This document shows, piece by piece, positions 17,400 through 31,750 of a stretch of DNA of 64,000 bases. The notes beneath the pieces are model-generated. The model did no database searches. It had not been told where the DNA came from and saw only the letters and a program-made list of their open reading frames with translations. Every line of letters starts with the position of its first letter. Position 1 is the stretch's first letter. The stretch is from the human T2T-CHM13v2.0 reference genome, Homo sapiens, in assembly GCF_009914755.1 (NCBI RefSeq), contig NC_060938.1; one strand, 5' to 3'. The translations under genes and the position numbers were made by a program.

Positions 17400-18000
17400 A
17401 GATGGAGAAAAAATTCAATGCATCATTTGCCTTCCAGTTTAATCAGTAGAGTAGGCAATACGTGTACATTTTTTGTTTGTTTTTTAAAAGTCTCTCTGCC
17501 ATGACATTTCCAATCCCCTAGCTCCCTCTTTACCACTGTTATCAGTCTCAGAATTATACTTCCAAAGATAATCTGTGCACAAACAAGCATGTGTAGGCAT
17601 ATCTGTTTTTCTTGTACACAGTTAGTTGCATATCATACATACTCTTTTGCACCTCACTTTTTTTACTTATAAATCTGACTCATTTTTTAAGGTTGTATAG
17701 TATACCATCATATCTCTTTGGTATCATTTCTTTAACCAAACATTATTGCTGGACATTTAAGTTATGTTTTGATTGTTAGTGAACAATGCAGTATGTATAT
17801 CCTTTTAAATTCTTAGTGTATATATGTGAGATTATCTGTGAGATGAATTCTGAAAAACGTAATTTCTAGTCAAAGAACAGTGCACATTTAAAATTTTGTT
17901 AGATTCTATGAAATTGCCTAAGAAGTTGAACCAATTTATATTTCCACCAATAACACATAGGCATATTCTTTTGCCAACACCTGCCAATTGAAGATATTTC
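17400..18000 (-). mobile_element. L1ME-type 3' relic
   Basis: TGGACATTTAAGTT...AACAATGCAG...GAACCAATTTATATTTCCACCAATA degenerate L1 motifs. Confidence 0.55.
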
Positions 18001-18169
18001 AAGGGCCAGCATTTGATGTCATACAAGAGACATCAAATATACCACTTAGTGAAAAATACTTTGTTCTATCCCAAAGAAAACTATTGATAACCCCTCTAAG
18101 CCTCCACCCTCCTAACTTTTTTTTCTTTCATGGGTTATTCATGGCTAGTGTCCTCTTCCAGCAAGCTTA

Positions 18170-18935
18170 AGCCCCCAAATCAGTCCCTTTCTTTTGTCCT
18201 CCACATCACTTATGCGTGATCCCAATTGGATTTCACCTCTGCATTTAGTACCTCCTTTCCATTTCCACTGCCACTGCCCTAATTCTGGCCTACTTATAAC
18301 ATCTTTGGATTATTACAAAGCCAACTAATCTTCCGTTAAAAAAATTCTCCCTTCTGTAATTCCTTCTCCCAAGTGCTGTAGTTATCTTCACAAGATCTGA
18401 GTATGTAACTGCATTACTTTTTAACTATTTCTTACCCACGCCTAGAGTTTTCACGTTGACCTTCAAGACACAATGGCCTGGCCTTACCTTTCCTTTTCAA
18501 CTTTATTACCCACTACTCTCTCTCATGTCTTCCTTGCATGCACACATAGCTGCAATTATTCTGGATTTTTCATCATTTCCTGGATAGCCCTCCATTTTCC
18601 TGCGTAATCCCTTTGCTTTTGTTATTTGTAACATATGCCCGTAATATTCCCTTTTGCATTTCTGCTAGGTGGAATTCTACTTTTTAAAACTTAGGTCATA
18701 TACGACTCCTTCCATGACATCCTGTTTCCCTGGCCAAAAGTAGTTTTTTCTATATGCGTCATAATAATGTATTTTGAGATATTGCTAGTATCAAACATAT
18801 TTCATTATGTATTTTAGTTGTACATGTCTTTTTCCCTCAGGAGATCACAATCACTTTGAGAGCAGTGGCAATATCATATCCATTTTCATATACTTCTCTA
18901 TCCCACACATAATGTATGTTTCTAGTAAACTGAAT
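18170..18935 (+). mobile_element. L2 fragment
   Basis: CTCCTTTCCATTTCCACTGCCACTGCCCTA...TTGAGAGCAGTGGC L2 3' motifs. Confidence 0.6.
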
Positions 18936-20079
18936 TATAAATCCTGTATTTAAAATTTTTTATTTTATAGTGATTTTAGAGTTTTCCTCTTTGTTACAGT
19001 TTTTAGAATGCTTTAAAAGATTTAAAAGTTTAGTATGTGCAGAGAAGAATGTCTGAATTAAAACCTGAAATATCTTTCAGATTCAGTGCCAGAAAGGCAG
19101 TGTGATGCCAGAGGAAGAATAAGGTCTTGGAAGTCATGTATATTTAGACAAGAGTCCCAGTGCCATGACCACTTTTTAGCTATGATTATATAAAAACCCG
19201 AACCTTTTTCCTTGTCTTTAAAATGAGGTGACTGGAGTAGGTCAGTGTTTCTTAACACATTTCTGTTATAAAGCATATGCCAGATTATATGTATGCACAT
19301 GTTCCCATCAGCATACTTAGATTTTGATAGAAGATAAAAGAATTAAAATGTTTTAATTTTAATTGGATTTTGTAGTTACCACAACTATTTCTGCTATACT
19401 TGGTATAGCAGTAAGTGGCCGACTTCAGAATGCAGCACAGGAAAGATAGATTGCTAGTTATATGTGAGCCTCTCTCTTGCTTCCCAGTGAGCTGCAGCTA
19501 CTTTCTCAGAATGCAAGTGGGTTAGTGAGGTTGTTATAGGAATAACTTTGAATGTAATCTAAGTTATGCAGACATTAATCAAAACAGTCATAGTATTTTA
19601 ATTATTTATAGGAATAAATTACTTCTTACAGTTGATCTTGGCTCCTGATCTTGTTACATTGTTATGAGCTGCTGAACAAGAAGATCTTGAAATTTTCGTC
19701 CAACTTTCCAATTCTGATTGTTTATTCTCCTTTCCAAAGTATAGTTGGGAATAAGAAGACACTGAAAGTTTTCAGCAGTTCTTTTTGACCTGGGCTTATG
19801 GTAACGTAATAGGGGAAAAAATGCTTTCAGTTAAAGTAATTGGACATCTAATTAGCATTTCCTATTGAAGGTTAAATATTAAATATTTTTCCCAGCACCA
19901 TTTATTGAGAAGACAATTCTTTTCCCAATGTGTGTTTTTAGTGCCTTTGTCAAAAATTAGTTGGCTATAAATATGTGGATTTATTTCTGGGTTCTCTATT
20001 CTCTTGCATTGGTCTGGGTCTGTTTTTGTGTCAGTACCATGCTGTCTTGGTTACTACAACTATATTTTAAGTAAGGTAG

Positions 20080-20481
<402 letters not shown>

Positions 20482-21593
20482 TGAGGATTGTTTTTGTCTA
20501 ATTTTGTGAAAAATGTCATTAGTATTTTGAGGGGGATCACACTGAATCTGTAGATTGCTTTGGGTAAGATGGTCATTTTAATATTTTTTAGTCTGTCAAT
20601 TATGAATATGGGCTGCCTTTTCATTTTTTTGTGTTCTCTTCAATTTCTTTCACCAGTGTTTTATAGTTTCCATTGTTGAGATTTTTTTCACCTCCTTTGT
20701 TAAGTTTATTCCTAGGTATTTTATTTTATTTTATAGCTACTGTAAATGGGATTGCTTTCTTGATTTCTTTTTCAGCTAGTTTGTTATTGGTGTAGAGAAA
20801 CACTCCTGAGTTTCGTATGTTGATTTTGTATACTGCAACTTTACTGAGTTTGTCTATTCATTCTAAGAGGTTTTTTGATGGAGTATTTAGGTTTTTCTAT
20901 ATGTTAAATTATGTCTTTTGCAAACAGGGACAATTTGACTTTCTCCTTTTCGATTTGGATGCCTTTTATTTCTTTCTTTTGCCTGATTGCTCTGGCTAGG
21001 ACTTCCGGTACTAAATTGAATAAAAGTGGTGAATGTGAGCATCTTTGTCTTGTTCTGGTTCTTAGAGGGAGAACATTCAACTTTTTCACCATAAGGTATG
21101 ATGTTGGCTGTGGATTTGTCAGATATGGCCTTTATTTTGCTTAGGTACATTCCTTCTATACTGAATTCATTGACAGTTTTTACTATAAAGGGATGTTGAA
21201 TTTTATCAAATGCTTTTTCTGCATCTGTTGAGATGATCTTTTTTTGTTATTTATTCTGTTGATATGAGGTGTCATGTTTATTGATTTGCATATGTTGAAC
21301 CATTCTTGCATCCATGGAACAAATCCCAGTTGATCATGATGCATAACCTTTTTGATGTGCTGCTGGATTTAATTTGTTAGTGTTTTATTGAGGATTTTTA
21401 CATCTGTGTTTATCAGGACTATTGGCCTGTAGTTTTCTCTTTTGGTTGTGTCCTTGTCTGGTTTTGGTATCAGGGTAATGCTGGACTTATAGAATGAGTT
21501 TTAAAGAATTCCCTTCCCTTCAATTTCTTGGAGTAGTTTCAGAAGAATTGGTGTTAGTTCATTGTTAAAAGTTTGGTAGAATTCAGCAGTGGA

Positions 21594-21927
<334 letters not shown>

Positions 21928-22340
21928 AATTCAGCCTTGAAGCCATCTGGTCCTGGGCTTTTCTTTGTAGGGAGACTTTGTATTGCTGATTCAATTTTAT
22001 TACTCGTCATTGGTCTGTTCATGCTTTCCATTTCTTTCTGGTTCAATCTTGGTAGATCGTATGTGCCCAGAAGTTGATCCATTTCCTCTAGGTTTTTAAT
22101 TTGTTAGTATGTAGTTGTTCATGATTGTCTCTAATAATCATTTACATTTCTTCTGTATTAGTTGTAATGTCTCCATTTTTTATTTTATTTTGGGGGGTTT
22201 TCTTTCTCTCTTTTTTGGCTAGCTAAATGGTTTGTTGATTTTGTTTATCTTTTTGAAAATGCAACTTTCCATCTTGGTCTTTTGGTTTTTTAAGTCTCTA
22301 TTTTGTTTATTTTTGCTCTAATCTTTATTATTTCTTTCTA

Positions 22341-22888
<548 letters not shown>

Positions 22889-25721
22889 TTATTATACATT
22901 CCACCAGTTCATATCTTTTAGATGGGGAATTTAATCCTTTTACATTCAAGGTTATTATTTACAGGTGAGAACTTACTCTTGTTATTTTGTTATTTGTTTT
23001 CTGCTGTTTTATATGTCCTTTTTGTCTTTTTCCTTTTTCTTAATTGTTTATCTTGCAGTTTGGTGGTTTTTTGAAGTGATATGTTTTGATTCCTTTTCTT
23101 TTCTCATTTGTGTATCTGCACTGTCAGTGTTTTATGCTTCCCCATGTTTTCATGATGGTAGTTATCATTCTTTTGCTTACAGATGTAGGACTCCCTTAAT
23201 CATTTCTTGTAATGCCAGCCTAGTGGTGATGAATTCTCTCAGTGTTTGCTTTCTTAGGAAAGACTTTATTTCTTCCTTATTTCTATAGAATAGCTTTGAT
23301 CGGTATAGTATTCATGGCTAGCAATTTTTTTCTTTCAGTGCTGTGAACATGTGATTTTATTCTCTCTTGGCCTGAAGGTTTCTACTGAGGAGTCTCTTCT
23401 TAGTCTAATGGGGATTCCCTAATATGTGACCTGATGCTTTTCCTATGCTGTTTTACAATTCTTTCTTTGTCTTTGACTTTTGACAGTTTGACTATAATGT
23501 GCCTCGGAGAGGACCTTATTGGTTTGAAATTTTCTAGATTTTTGAGCTTCCTGGATTTAGATGTCTATATCTCTCCCAAGACTTGGGTAGTTCTCAGCTA
23601 TTATTTTATTAAATAGTTTTTATAGGCCTTTTTCCTTGTTTTCTTTTTCTGGGATTCTCATAGTATTAATATTTGTTCACTTAATGGTGTCCCAAAGTCT
23701 TGTAGGCTTTCTTTGTTCTTTTTTATTTCCTTTTCTTTTCTTCCTGTTTTTTCTCTTTTATTCTTTTGTCTGAGTTATTTCAAAAACTTGTTTTGAAAGT
23801 CAGGGATTCTTTTTTCTGCTTTATCTAATCTGTTATTGAGATTTTTCTGTTCTATTTTTATTTCATCCACTGAATTCTTCAGCTCCAAGTTTTCTGTTTG
23901 GTTCTCTTTTTATTATGTCTATCCCTGCATTGAATTTCTCATTGAGATAATGATTTTCTTCTATTTTATCGAATTGTCTATTTGTATTATTTTGTATCTT
24001 GCTGAGTTTAAGATTTTTGCTTTGATTTCCTTTTTTGGCAATTTATAAATTTTCATTTTGGTGGGTAAATTACTGGGGAATTGTGTCTCATTGGTGGTGT
24101 CATGTTTCATTGCTTTTCATCTTGGATCCCTGTGTTGATATCTGTGCATCTGGTGGAACAGTTGCCTATTCCAATTTTGTAGAGGGGCTTTCGTTGGGGA
24201 AGACTTTCACCTGCAGATGTGTTTTAGGGTCTCAGTTGGGTGGGGTATGTTGCTTTGTTTTGAAGGGGTAGCATAGTGTAGTCTCCATGCAGTTTCTTCA
24301 GCTGTAGTCAGTGTTGGCAAATGCCTGCAAGTGTCTCAGTGGCTTAAGCTGCAGAGTTGTGTGAGGCTGGCCTACCTACTCAGGGTCTCCTCCCTTGAGA
24401 GTGGGGCACTTGGTTGGTTAATGCTCCAGGGAAGTGTGGGGCTGGTCAGCTGACAGCTTGGCTCAGGTGCTACTCCCCTGGGGCCATGTGCTGGCCTGGT
24501 CTGTGCTCAGGGAAAACATGGAAATGGTTGGCCTACCTCTTGGCTTGGGCACTGCTTCCCTAGGGGTGAGGTGTCAGGCTAGTCCATTCTCCAAGGGAGT
24601 GCAGGGCTGATTGGCCATCGGAATGGCTTGGATGCTGCTCGCCTAGGGGTGGGATACCAGGGTGGTCCGCACTCCAGGAAAGCAGGGAGCTAGCTGGCTG
24701 GTGGTTCTGCTTGGATGCCAGTCCCCTGTGGGCAGGGCACTTGGACCAAAGGTGTTCTTGTGGATTTAGGTTTTGAGTGGCTGGGATTGAGGTGCTGCAA
24801 CCCTTGGGATGGGGAATATGGAGCACCCTGGGCAGCTTGTTTTCAGGAGTTTGGAAGCTGTATCATCTCAGCTTGGTACACACTTAAAATTTAGGTTTTG
24901 TGTTTTGGTTATGTTTAGACATAATGCCTAATACTATATATGATATGGGAACTCTCATATACTTCTGGTTGGGAATATAAAATGATACAACTTTACTGGA
25001 ATGTAATTTGGTGTTATAATATCAGAAGCTTTACATTGTCTCATATATCTTCTTTTACTTCATAATTATTTGATTAGAAAATATGTCTTGAGGGAATAAT
25101 TATATGTATATAAATATTTATCTGCAAATATATTTATTGCATTATTTATGATTAATAATCTAAAACAACCCAAATATTCAACAGTGATTAAATATTATTT
25201 TATATTTATACAGTATAGTCTTATGAAGTCATTAAATTATTTACAAAACATTTTAATGATGTTGGAAAACACTTACGTTGTAATAGTAATTAAATAAGGC
25301 AGGATAATAAAACTGTAAAGAACATGATTTCATATATTTGAGAGAGAAGAGAGAAAATTTGAAAGAGTGTGTTTGAGTGTAATGGGGGATTTGGTAAAAT
25401 TTAAAAAAAAGATTCTGATTTAGTTTTCATTTCTATTTTCTGTTTTAAAATTTTTTTCCTCTAAAGTCCATGTACAATTTTCATAATAAGAAAAGCTAAT
25501 GCATCCTATTTTTAAACTAACATTGTTAGAATTAGGGAGAAGATGGTTCATTTATAGGAAAGGATATCATGTTTGCAAGAAAATTTGTAATGGCATGAGG
25601 AAACATAATAAAGGGAGAAATCTACGAAAGTATTAATAATGCATTGACAAAAGTATAGAAGGGAATACAGAAACATATTAGTCTTTCTTCTGGTTCTGTA
25701 ATATGATAAAAACATTTATAA

Positions 25722-25866
25722 AGCTGGGCATGCTGGTATACACCTATAGTCTCAACTACTTGGGAGAGTGAGGCAGGAGGATTTCTTGTGCCCAGGAGTT
25801 TGAGTCTAGCCTGGGCAATGCAATGAGACCTTATCTCTAAAATATAAAACAATAAAAATATAAAAT
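25722..25866 (+). mobile_element. FLAM (Alu monomer)
   Basis: Single Alu arm with A-rich tail. Confidence 0.85.
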
Positions 25867-26225
25867 TTAAAAAATTTTTCTGCTTTTCAATTTTTCTGGA
25901 AAGAAATATATCTTAATTAAAGGAAAAGAATTTAAAAGCAGGCTGATACTCGAGCATTTTGAGGTCATATTTGATGTGAAATGACATTCAAAATTTCAGG
26001 GAGTTAATTTTTTTCTAGCAGCACATTGAATGATGCTAAAAGGAAACAAAATGGGAAAAAATGGAAAGAGCATTAGACTGTTGCACAACGTTGATTTAGT
26101 ATATTTTGTTTATTCATATGGAAGGGCAAACTCATTCAGCAAACTTTGTAAGAGTACCTTGTAGGTGCAGAGAAAAGTACTGCTCACTTATGGAATGAAG
26201 TGGGAAAAAAGTAAAAACATTTTTA

Positions 26226-26605
<380 letters not shown>

Positions 26606-26779
26606 TTAAAGGAAAAGTATTGAAAAGCACACTGATACTAGAGAATTTTGAAGTCACATTTGATTATGCACAAAGAAGGCATGATCCTTGTTCTCAAGGT
26701 TCGTACTATTCAGTATGGAAGATAAAAGGTATTCACAAAGAACTAATAAAGTTAACGTATTTAAAGTGACATATTTGGG

Positions 26780-27049
<270 letters not shown>

Positions 27050-27199
27050 CTATGGAAATAGTGGTATTTGAATGGGCTCTTAGAGAATGGGTCTGATTTC
27101 AACAGTTTTTCATGAAAAGGATGTGCATTTCAGGTAGAGGAAAGATATGAGCAGAGAAACAAAGGTGACAAGGTATGGGAGCAATTTTTAGATCAATGA

Positions 27200-28145
27200 A
27201 AACTTTTTTTAAAACCAGCTTTTAAATAATACTTTCAATGTACAATTTAGTGGTTTTTTAGTATATTTAAAGAGTTGTGCAACCATCACCAATACCTAAT
27301 TGTAGAATATCTTCATCACTTTAAAAAGAACTCTGTACCATTAATAGTCACTCTGCATTTCTTCTTCTCTCTCACCCCTGGCAACCACATCCATTTTCTT
27401 TCCCTGTGGATTTGCCTATTCTTGACATTTCATAGAACTCTATCATACAAAATGTGGCCTTTTGTGACTAGCCTCTTTTCTCTTTGTAGAATGTTCACTC
27501 ATGTTTTAGTATTTATCAGCACTTTATTTTTATGACTTCACTGCCAAATAATATTCCACAATATGGATATACCACATCCATTTGTTTCCCTTTTCATCAA
27601 TTGATAGAAATTTGGGGTGTTTCAACTTTTTGGCTGTTATGAATAATGCTGCTCTGGATATTTGTTTAAAAGTTTTATATGGACATGTTTTCAATTCTCT
27701 TGGGTGTATAGCTGGGTGTTTACTTCCTAGGTCATATGTTAATTTTTTGTTTAAATTTTTGAGGAACTGTTAAATTGGTTTCCAGAGTAGTGGTAACATT
27801 TTATATCCTCACCAGCAATGCATGAAGATTCCGATTCCTCCACATACACACCAATACTTATTATTGTATATCTTCCATGGTTACATGACTTGGTTTTCTA
27901 GTGTACCTTGGAGTTGGAGAATGGAAGATGGGAATAGAGAAAATTAAAATGCCATAGAGCTCTCTATTCTTAGCAAGATTCACTCATTTTTCTTGAATAA
28001 ACACTTCTCGATTATTGCAAGTCTTTGGTTAATTTCCAGAGCTCCAGAAGAATTGATTCTGACAATTTTGCTGGTGTTCTTGTTGCTTTTAGGAAACAGC
28101 AGATTTTCTAAGATTCTTACACTACCATTCTAAAGTTGCTTTAGT
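27200..28145 (-). mobile_element. Old L1M (L1MB/MD-type) 3' fragments
   Basis: GTACAATTTAGTGGTTTTTAGTATATT...GAGTTGTGCAACCATCACCA; TTGGCTGTTATGAATAATGCTGCT. Confidence 0.75.
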
Positions 28146-31115
28146 ATTCTTCTAAAGTTGAATACTCCTTTTTGTTCGTTTTTATGCCAAAGGTAGGTTG
28201 ATGCCAGACATTGATGAGAATTGCTCTTTCTTTTTAGGCTACTGAGCAGGGGTATGACCTGCTATGCCTTGATCAGAGCTATGGTTTATAAATTGGAGCA
28301 AGGAATAAAGGCCTCTGTATATTTAGAGGTGCTTTGGTTTTTGTTGTTGGTTTTTTTCCTTTCCAACTTTTATTTTAGGTTCCAGATATACATGTGCAGG
28401 TTTGTTACATGGGTAAATTGTGTGTGTGTCACAGGGGTTTTGTGTACAAATAATTGTGTCACCTGAGTAATCAGCATAATACCCAATTAAGTAGTTTTTA
28501 AAATCCTCACCATCCTCCCACTCTCCACCCTTAAGTAGGTCCCAGTGTCTGTTGTTCCCGTTTTTGAGTCCATGTGTACTGAATATTTAGCCCCCACTTA
28601 TAAGTGAGAACATGCAGAACCAAATACTGTTTTTCTGCATTATATCTTAGGATTATGACCACCAGCTCCATCCATGTTCCTGCAAAATGACATGATCTCA
28701 CTTTTTTAATAGCTGCATAGTATTCCATGGTATGTATGTACCACATTTTCTTTGTCTAATCTACCATTGCTGTGCATCTGGGTTGATTCCATGTCTTTGC
28801 TATTGTGAATAGTGCTGTGATGAACATATGCATGCATGTGTCTTTATGGTAGAATGATTTATTAATACATTTCTTTGGGTATATACCAGTAATGGGATTG
28901 CTGGGTCAAAAGGTAATTCTATGTTAAATTCTTTGAGAAGTCTCCAAACTTTCTACAGTGGCTGAACTAATTTACATTCTCACCAGCAGTGTACAAGCAT
29001 TCCCTTTCCTCTGTAACCTCACCAGCATGTTATTTTTTGAGTTTTTAATAATGGCCAATCTGACTGATGTGAAATGGTATTTCACTGTGGTTTTGATTTG
29101 CATTTCCCTAATGGTTAGTGTTATTGAGCATTTTTTTCATGTGCTTGTTGGCCATGTGTATGTTTTTTGAGAAGTGTCTGTTCATGTACTTTGCCCGTTT
29201 TTTAATGAAGTTTCTCATTTTTGGCTTGTTGATTTGAGTTTCTTATATATTCTGGATATTAGACCTTGGTTGGATGCATAGTTTGCAAATATTTTCTCCC
29301 ATTCTATAGGGTGTCTGTTTACTCTGTTTACAGTTTCTTGCCATTCAGAAGCTCTTTAGTTTAATTAGGTCTTACTTGTCGATTTTTGTTTTTGTTGCAG
29401 CTGCTTTTGGAGTCTTTGTCTTGAAGTCTTTGCATGGGCTGATATCCAGAATGGTATTTCCTAGATTTTCTTTTAGGGTCTTTATACTTTTAGGTTTTAC
29501 ATTTAAGTCTTTAATCCATCTTGAGTTGATTTTGGTACACAGTGAAGGTAAGGATCCAGTTTCAATCATTTGCATATGGCTAGCCAGTTATCCCCAAAAC
29601 ATTTATTGAATAGGGAGTCCTTTCCCCATTGCTTGTTTTTATTGACTCTGTTGAAGATCAGCTAGTTGTAGGTGTGTGGATTTATTTCTGGATTCTCTAA
29701 CATGTTCCATTTGCCTGTGTGTCTGTTTTTGTAACAGTACCATGCTGTTTTAGTTACTGTAGCCTTGTAGTATAGTTTGAAGTCAGGTAGTGTGATGCCT
29801 CCAGCTTTGTTCTTTTTGCTTAGGATTGCTTTGGCTATTCAGGCTCTTTTTTGGTTCCAATTGAATTTTAGTGCTTTTTTTTTTTTCTAATTATGTGAAA
29901 CATGTCATTGGTAGTTTGATAGGAACAGCATTGAATCTGTGTATTGCTTTTGGCAATATGGCCATTTTAACAATATTGATTCTTCTTATCAATGAGGATG
30001 GAATGTTTTTCCATTTGTTTGTGTCATCTCTGATTTCTCTTAGCAGTGTTGTGTAATTCTTGTTGAGAGATCTTTCACCTCCATGATTAGGTGTATTCCT
30101 AAGTATTTTGGTTTTTTTGTGGCTGTTGTGAATGGGATTGCTTTCTTGATTTGGCTCTCAGCTTGGATATTGTTGATGTATGGAAATGACATTGATTTTG
30201 TATGCTGAAACTTTGCCGAAGTTATTTATCAGATCTAGGAGCCTTTGGGCAGAGACTGGAGTTTCCCAGGTATAGTATCATATTGTCTATGAAGAGAGAT
30301 AGTTTGACTTCCTTTCTTCCTATGTGGATGCCTTTTATTTCTGTATCTTGCCTAATTGCTTTAACTAGGACTCCCTGTAGTGTACTGAATAGGAGCAGTG
30401 AGAGTGAGCATCCTTGTCTTGTTCTGGTTCTCAGGGGGAATGCTTCTAGTTTTTGCCCCTTCATATGATGTTGGATGTGGATTTGTTGTAAATGGTGCTT
30501 CTTATTTTGAAGTATATACCTTTGATGCCTAGTTTGTTTTTAGCACAAAAGGATGTTGAGTTTTATATAAAGCCTTTCTTGCGGCTATTGAGATAATCAC
30601 GTGGCTTTTGCTTTTAGTTCTCTTTATATGATTAATCACATTTATTGATTTGTGTATGTTAAACCAACCTTGCATCCCAGGAATAAAGCCTACTTGATTG
30701 TGATGGATTAGCTTTTTGAGGGATGTGCTGCTGGATTGAGTTTACTAGTATTTTGTTGAGGATTTTTTACATCTATGTTCATCAGGAATATTGGCCTGAA
30801 GATTTCTTTTTTCATTTCATCTCTTCCAGGTATTGGTATTAGGATGATGCTGGCTTCATAGAATGAGTAAGGGAGGAGTCTCTTCTCCCCAGTTTTCTGG
30901 ATAGGTTTAATAGGATAGGTAGAACTCTTCTTCATCTGGTAGGATTCTGCTGTGAATCTACCTGGTCCAGGGCTTTTTCTGGTTGATAGTTTTTGTATTA
31001 CCGATTCAATTTTGGAACTCATTATTGATCTGTTCAGGGATTCAATTTCTTTCTGCTTCAATCTTGGGATGTTGTATGTTTCCAGGAATTTACCCATTTC
31101 TTCTAGGTTTTCTAG

Positions 31116-31344
31116 ATTTTATATATATATATAATTATATATATTTATATAAATATATAAATATATATAAATATATAATATATAAAATATAAAAAATATA
31201 TAAAATATATATATAATTATATATATATTTTATATATATTTTTTTCTAGGTTTTATATATATATTTTCTAGGTTTCTAGGTTTTCTAGGTTTTATATATA
31301 TATATAAAATAAACTCCTATATATATAATGCTTAATAAACTGTA
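31116..31344. repeat. AT-rich low-complexity filler containing copies of flanking sequence
   Basis: (TA)n mixed with TTCTAGGTTTT copies and an inverted copy of the MLT2A1 end. Confidence 0.9.
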
Positions 31345-31750
31345 TATATAGGAGTTTATTAAGCATTATATATATATAGGAGTTTATTAAGTATTAACTT
31401 ACATTATCACAAGGTCCCGCAATAGGCTGTCTGCAAGCTGAGGAGCAAGGAGAGTGAGTCCAAGTCCCAAAACTGAAGAACTTGAAGTCCACTGTTTGAG
31501 GGCAGGAAGCATCCAGCATGGGAGAAAGATGTAGACTGGGAGGCTAGGCTCATCTCGTCACTTCATGTTTTCTGCTTTACATTCGCTGGCAGCTGATTAA
31601 ATGGTGCCCATGCGATTAAGAGTGGGTCTGCCTTCCCCAGCCCTCTGACTCAGATGTTAATCTCCTTTGACAACACCCTCACAGACACATCCAGGATCAA
31701 TATTGCATCCTTCAATCCAATCAAGTTGACACTCAGTATTAACCATCACA
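31345..31750 (-). mobile_element. MLT2A1-type (HERV-L) LTR, 3' end lost, inserted in L1
   Basis: Reverse complement begins TGTGATGGTTAATACTGAGTGTCAACTTGATTGGATTGAAGG; contains GGGCAGGAAGCATCCAGCA. Confidence 0.9.

Noticed and set aside
24880-24930. Tigger-like end (TTTAGACATAATGC)
   Set aside because: Match too short to support a call
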